Of a stretch of DNA of 40,001 nucleotides, positions 37,094-40,001 are shown piece by piece. The stretch is from Clostridia bacterium (GTDB taxonomy: Bacteria > Bacillota > Clostridia > Christensenellales > Aristaeellaceae), in NCBI GenBank assembly GCA_030526225.1, contig JAUNDF010000002.1, positions 5,128-45,128 on the forward strand. The letters are read 5' to 3'. Under the pieces are notes generated by a model, which was given only the letters and a program-made list of their open reading frames with translations, searched no databases and had not been told where the DNA came from. Position 1 is the first letter of the stretch; each line of letters opens with the position of its first letter. The position numbers were made by a program, and so were the translations under genes.

Positions 37094-38872
37094 TCATCCG
37101 TTCTGCACCGGCAGGGTATAATGCCGGCGGCACTTCTTATATTCTTCGGCAAACCAGGGGGCTTCTCCTTTTACGGCGGTGTATTTGTGGGTGCCGAATT
37201 CGTCATGGGCGGTTTCAATCAGGCACACGGCCACATTGGAGCAGTGGTCGGATACGCGCTCGTGGTCGGTGATGATGTCCTCCAGCACAAGGCCTGCCTC
37301 CATGGAGCAGCGGCCGGTGCGAAGGCGGGCGATGTGGCGCTGCTTCATTTCGTCCCGCAGGTCATCCACCACCTGTTCCAGCGGCTATACGCTCCTGGCC
37401 AGCAGGGTGTCCCCGTCGGCAAACACGGTGACGGTCAAATCAAGAATGTCCGACACGGCGCGGCCGAAGGCGGTCAGCTCGTCCATGGCATCATCCGACA
37501 GGGTGATGCCCTTCTCCCGCAGCTCCCGGGCGGATTCCACCATGTTCATCGCGTGGTCGGAGATGCGCTCGAAATCGGAGATGGAGTGCAGCAGCTGGCT
37601 GAGCAGCTTGCTGTCCTCCAGCGCCAGATCGTGGCCGGAAAGCTTGACCAGATAGCTGCCCAATGCATCCTCATAGCGGTCGCACAGCTTTTCCATGGCC
37701 AGCACCTCACCGGCCTTTGCTTCATCAAACCTGTACAGCACCTGCATGCCCGTGCGGAAGGCCTTGCGGGCGGTATCCGCCATTTCATCCGCGGCATTTT
37801 TGCACAGGCGGATGGCGAAGGAGGGCTGGTCGAGGAAGCGCTCGTCCAATGCGGCCAGCACGGCAGGCTGCTGCACGGCGGGCTTTGCATCGCCCTTGTC
37901 GGGGATGGTCTTCTCCGCCATCTTCACCAGCAGATTGCCGAAGGGGAACAGAATCAGGGTGCAGCCGACATTGAACACGGTGTGCATCAGGGCGATGCCT
38001 GCCGCGCCCACGGCTTCATCCAGGAAGGGCATGGGGACAAACAGCTTCGCGCCGTAGAAGCCGGCCATAAACAGCACCGAGCCGATGACGTTGTAATACA
38101 GGTGAATCATGGCGGCGCGCCGGGCATTTTTGCTGGCACCGGCCGAGGAAAGAATGGCGGTGACGCAGGTGCCGATGTTCTGCCCCAGAATGATGGGCAG
38201 CGCCGTGCCCCAGGTAACCATGCCGGTCATGCACAATGCCTGCAGAATACCCACCGAGGCAGAGGAGGACTGAATCACGGCCGTGAGCACTGCACCGGCC
38301 AGCACGCCCAGAATGGGGTTGGAGAAGGCTGTGAGCAGGCCGGTGAAGTTGGGGTCATCCTTCAGGGGAGAGACAGCGCCGGACATGGTTTCCATGCCGG
38401 TCATCAGCACCGTGAAGCCGAGGAAGATGGTGCCGACAGTCTTCTTTTTGCTGCCCTCTTTGGCGGTCATCAGCAGAATGATGCCGATCAGCGCCAGCAC
38501 AGGGGAGAAGGAGGAGGGCTTCAGCAGCCGGATGAAAATGTTGGTGCCGGAGATGCCTGCCAGGGACAGAATCCAGCTGGTCACCGTGGTGCCGATGTTG
38601 GCGCCCATGATGATGCCTACCGCCTGCCCCAGCTTCATGATGCCGGCGTTGACAAAGCCCACCACCATCACCGTGGTGGCAGAGGAGGACTGAATCACCG
38701 CCGTGACCACCATGCCCAGCAGCAGGGCGGCAAAGCGGTTTTTCGTCAGCTTTTCAAGAATTTTCTCCAGCCGTCCGCCGGAGAGCTGGACCAGACCGTC
38801 GCCCATCACCTTCATGCCGTACAGGAACAGGGCAAGGCCGCCTGCCATGGTCAAAACATGGAAAATATCCAT
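37094..38872 (-). CDS. Na/Pi cotransporter family protein with C-terminal PhoU-like repeats, with one in-frame TAG at 37385-37387
   Basis: It carries GANIGTTVTSW and GQNIGTCVTA, then PhoU-like FERISDH and ERVSDHCSN. ORFs 37385-38872 and 37094-37372 share a frame (1500 nt apart). The junction reads ...TLLARSV-TAG-PLEQVVDDLRDEMK. Confidence 0.8.
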
Positions 38873-38927
38873 TCTGTCATCTTCCTTTCACGGAGCTTTC
38901 GTTCCATAAAAGATGATAGGACAGCTG

Positions 38928-39016
38928 TGTAAAGTCGGATGGGGGTGTATGTAAAGCACAGGTAAAAAGTGTGTGGTTTACAAAGGTTTTACGCCTGCAT
39001 GCATTTGCGCTTTACA
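38928..39016. promoter_or_regulatory. Pho-box-like TTTACA repeats in a divergent promoter region
   Basis: TGTAAA (the reverse complement of TTTACA) occurs at 38928 and 38950, and GGTAAA at 38961. TTTACA occurs at 38977 and 39011, and TTTACG at 38988. Spacings are 11 or 22 bp. The hexamers match the B. subtilis PhoP-type TT(A/T/C)ACA as I remember it. Confidence 0.4.
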
Positions 39017-39058
39017 CAGGGCGGCTATGCTTTGGTCAGAAAAAGGAGGGCGACGGAG

Positions 39059-39319
39059 ATGAAAAAGCTCTTTCGGTTTCTTGACGGACTCAACACCGCC
39101 GCGGATGCAAAGTACCGCCTTTTATGCCTTGCGGCCATGGTTGCCGGTGCACTGTTCGGCGGGCTTGTGTGGCTGATAATCAGCCCCCTGGGGTTTGCCG
39201 GGGTGGAATGGCTGCTGTGCTTTGCGGGCTTTTCCCTGTGCCTTGCGTGGCTGTGGGCAAACCTGTATGCATTAAATCACGCGCTCCATGACGGAGCATA
39301 TCCGGCAGGAAGCGCGTGA
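39059..39319 (+). CDS. Small hypothetical membrane protein (86 aa)
   Basis: The ATG at 39059 follows AAAAGGAGGG. Two hydrophobic helices are present. The upstream part of the track ORF lacks an RBS. Confidence 0.5.
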   Translation: MKKLFRFLDGLNTAADAKYRLLCLAAMVAGALFGGLVWLIISPLGFAGVEWLLCFAGFSLCLAWLWANLYALNHALHDGAYPAGSA

Positions 39320-39335
39320 CAAAAGCAATGTTCGG

Positions 39336-40001
39336 TTAATCGGCCAGAGCGCAGGCCACGTTGATGGCGTGGTCAGAGCAGCGCTCCAGGTCGGAGGCCA
39401 TGTCGGTGAAAATCACGCCGCCCACGGGATTGCAGGCTGCCTTCATCAGGCGGTCGATATGGGCGTTAACGATGGACAGGTGCAGGTCATCCACCTCCTG
39501 CTCCATCTTTTCGGCCTTGGGCAGCAGGGCGTAATTCTCCTGCTTGAACACCCGCAGGGACATCTGCATGGAGGCAAGCACCGCATCGGCCAGGGCGCGC
39601 AGGTCCTTTTCACCCACCTCGGAGAGCACCGCCTTGCGGGCCTTGTACTGCTCGGTGTACTCGGCAATGTTGCGGCCGTGGTCGGAGATGCGCTCGATGT
39701 CGGAGGCAACGAGAATCATCTGGGAAATCTGCTGCATCACCTTGGGGGAGTAATCCCGGGAGCGCATGGCAATCAGCCGCTCCTGAATCTTGTCGGTGAG
39801 CACGTCGATGGCATCCTCGGCATCCATGGCCCGCTCGGCCAGGGAATCATCATGCTGGAAGAAGCTGTCGATGGCATCCTTCATGCAGTCGTAGGCCATG
39901 TCGCCCATGCGGCCAAGCTCCAGCCGGGCCTGCTGCAGGGCCATGGAGGAGGGCAGCTCGCCGGACTGCACCATGTAGGCCAGCTGGCGGCTTTCCAGAC
40001 G
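39336..40001 (-). CDS. PhoU-domain protein, partial (ORF open to the window edge; either PhoU-like or the C-terminus of a second Na/Pi cotransporter)
   Basis: Two PhoU repeats are present (DIERISDHGRNIA, DLERCSDHAINVA). The frame continues upstream of the first Met to position 40001. Stop is TAA. Confidence 0.75.
   Translation of the reverse strand, partial: RLESRQLAYMVQSGELPSSMALQQARLELGRMGDMAYDCMKDAIDSFFQHDDSLAERAMDAEDAIDVLTDKIQERLIAMRSRDYSPKVMQQISQMILVASDIERISDHGRNIAEYTEQYKARKAVLSEVGEKDLRALADAVLASMQMSLRVFKQENYALLPKAEKMEQEVDDLHLSIVNAHIDRLMKAACNPVGGVIFTDMASDLERCSDHAINVACALAD

Noticed and set aside
1017-37387. Site-specific recoding (pyrrolysine or selenocysteine-like insertion) at the TAGs
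   Set aside because: The sites are in unrelated housekeeping proteins at positions aligned to Glu or Gln, not in methylamine methyltransferases. I saw no shared downstream hairpin; the base after TAG is G or C in 10 of 11 cases, as expected from GC content. No pyl genes are in the window. Pyl as a general insertion cannot be excluded from 40 kb.
1017-37387. TAGs as C-to-T / G-to-A deamination damage or mutagenesis artefacts (CAG to TAG, TGG to TAG)
   Set aside because: The rodA site aligns with an invariant Glu (GAG to TAG is a transversion). Such damage would also create TAA/TGA and many missense changes, and it would not explain the lack of TAG terminators.
153-38872. Reading the nine split genes as ordinary pseudogenes (genome decay)
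   Set aside because: All 11 lesions are TAG. None is TAA, TGA or a frameshift, and flanking sequence shows no other decay. Affected genes include rodA and minD. TAG is also absent from all 38 placed terminators. Random nonsense mutation would not give that asymmetry. Not formally excluded without the rest of the genome.

Overview
GC-rich, almost fully coding chromosomal window. Gene content looks like an anaerobic Clostridia (Oscillospiraceae/Ruminococcaceae-type) genome; that placement is inference only. No tRNA, rRNA, CRISPR array or complete mobile element was recognised.

Layout:
- 153-8883 (-): cell-shape/division cluster maf-mreB-mreC-mreD-PBP2-minD-rodA.
- 9416-17863 (-): HydABC-type (NuoE/NuoF-like plus HydA) [FeFe] hydrogenase locus, preceded by a conserved sensory/regulatory module: HydS-like protein, 2 DRTGG proteins, a PHP protein and 2 GHKL ATPases.
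- 18139-24221: housekeeping genes, namely a DUF6062-like protein, dCMP deaminase, acyltransferase, Cof phosphatase, RluA-family synthase, a 346-codon hypothetical and ilvE.
- 24471-29889 (+): two large uncharacterised proteins (625 aa and about 1051 aa), the second ending in an actin/Hsp70-fold ATPase domain, followed by a degenerate resolvase-like ORF.
- 29911-32468: thiol-redox/Fe-S cluster (TlpA-like lipoprotein, small CXXC peptide, membrane 4Fe-4S protein, NifX-like protein).
- 32548-34062 (-): GNAT-ASCH-CAT triple-domain fusion.
- 34366-40001: HD hydrolase plus a phosphate block (PhoR/PhoB-like two-component system, Na/Pi cotransporter, PhoU-domain protein).

Headline: wherever the ORF track breaks a recognisable gene, the break is a single in-frame TAG and homologous sequence continues directly after it. 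There are 11 such TAGs in 9 genes, including rodA and minD. None of the 38 CDS ends I could place uses TAG (14 TAA, 24 TGA). The simplest reading is that UAG is decoded as an amino acid in this organism, by reassignment or very efficient suppression, and not that this is a run of pseudogenes.

Secondary observations: the unclassified two-gene locus, a family of hairpin-bearing REP/MITE-like intergenic repeats with compensatory stem changes, a TGACACA heptamer array, an unusual TSCSPGW H-cluster motif in HydA, and Pho-box-like repeats.
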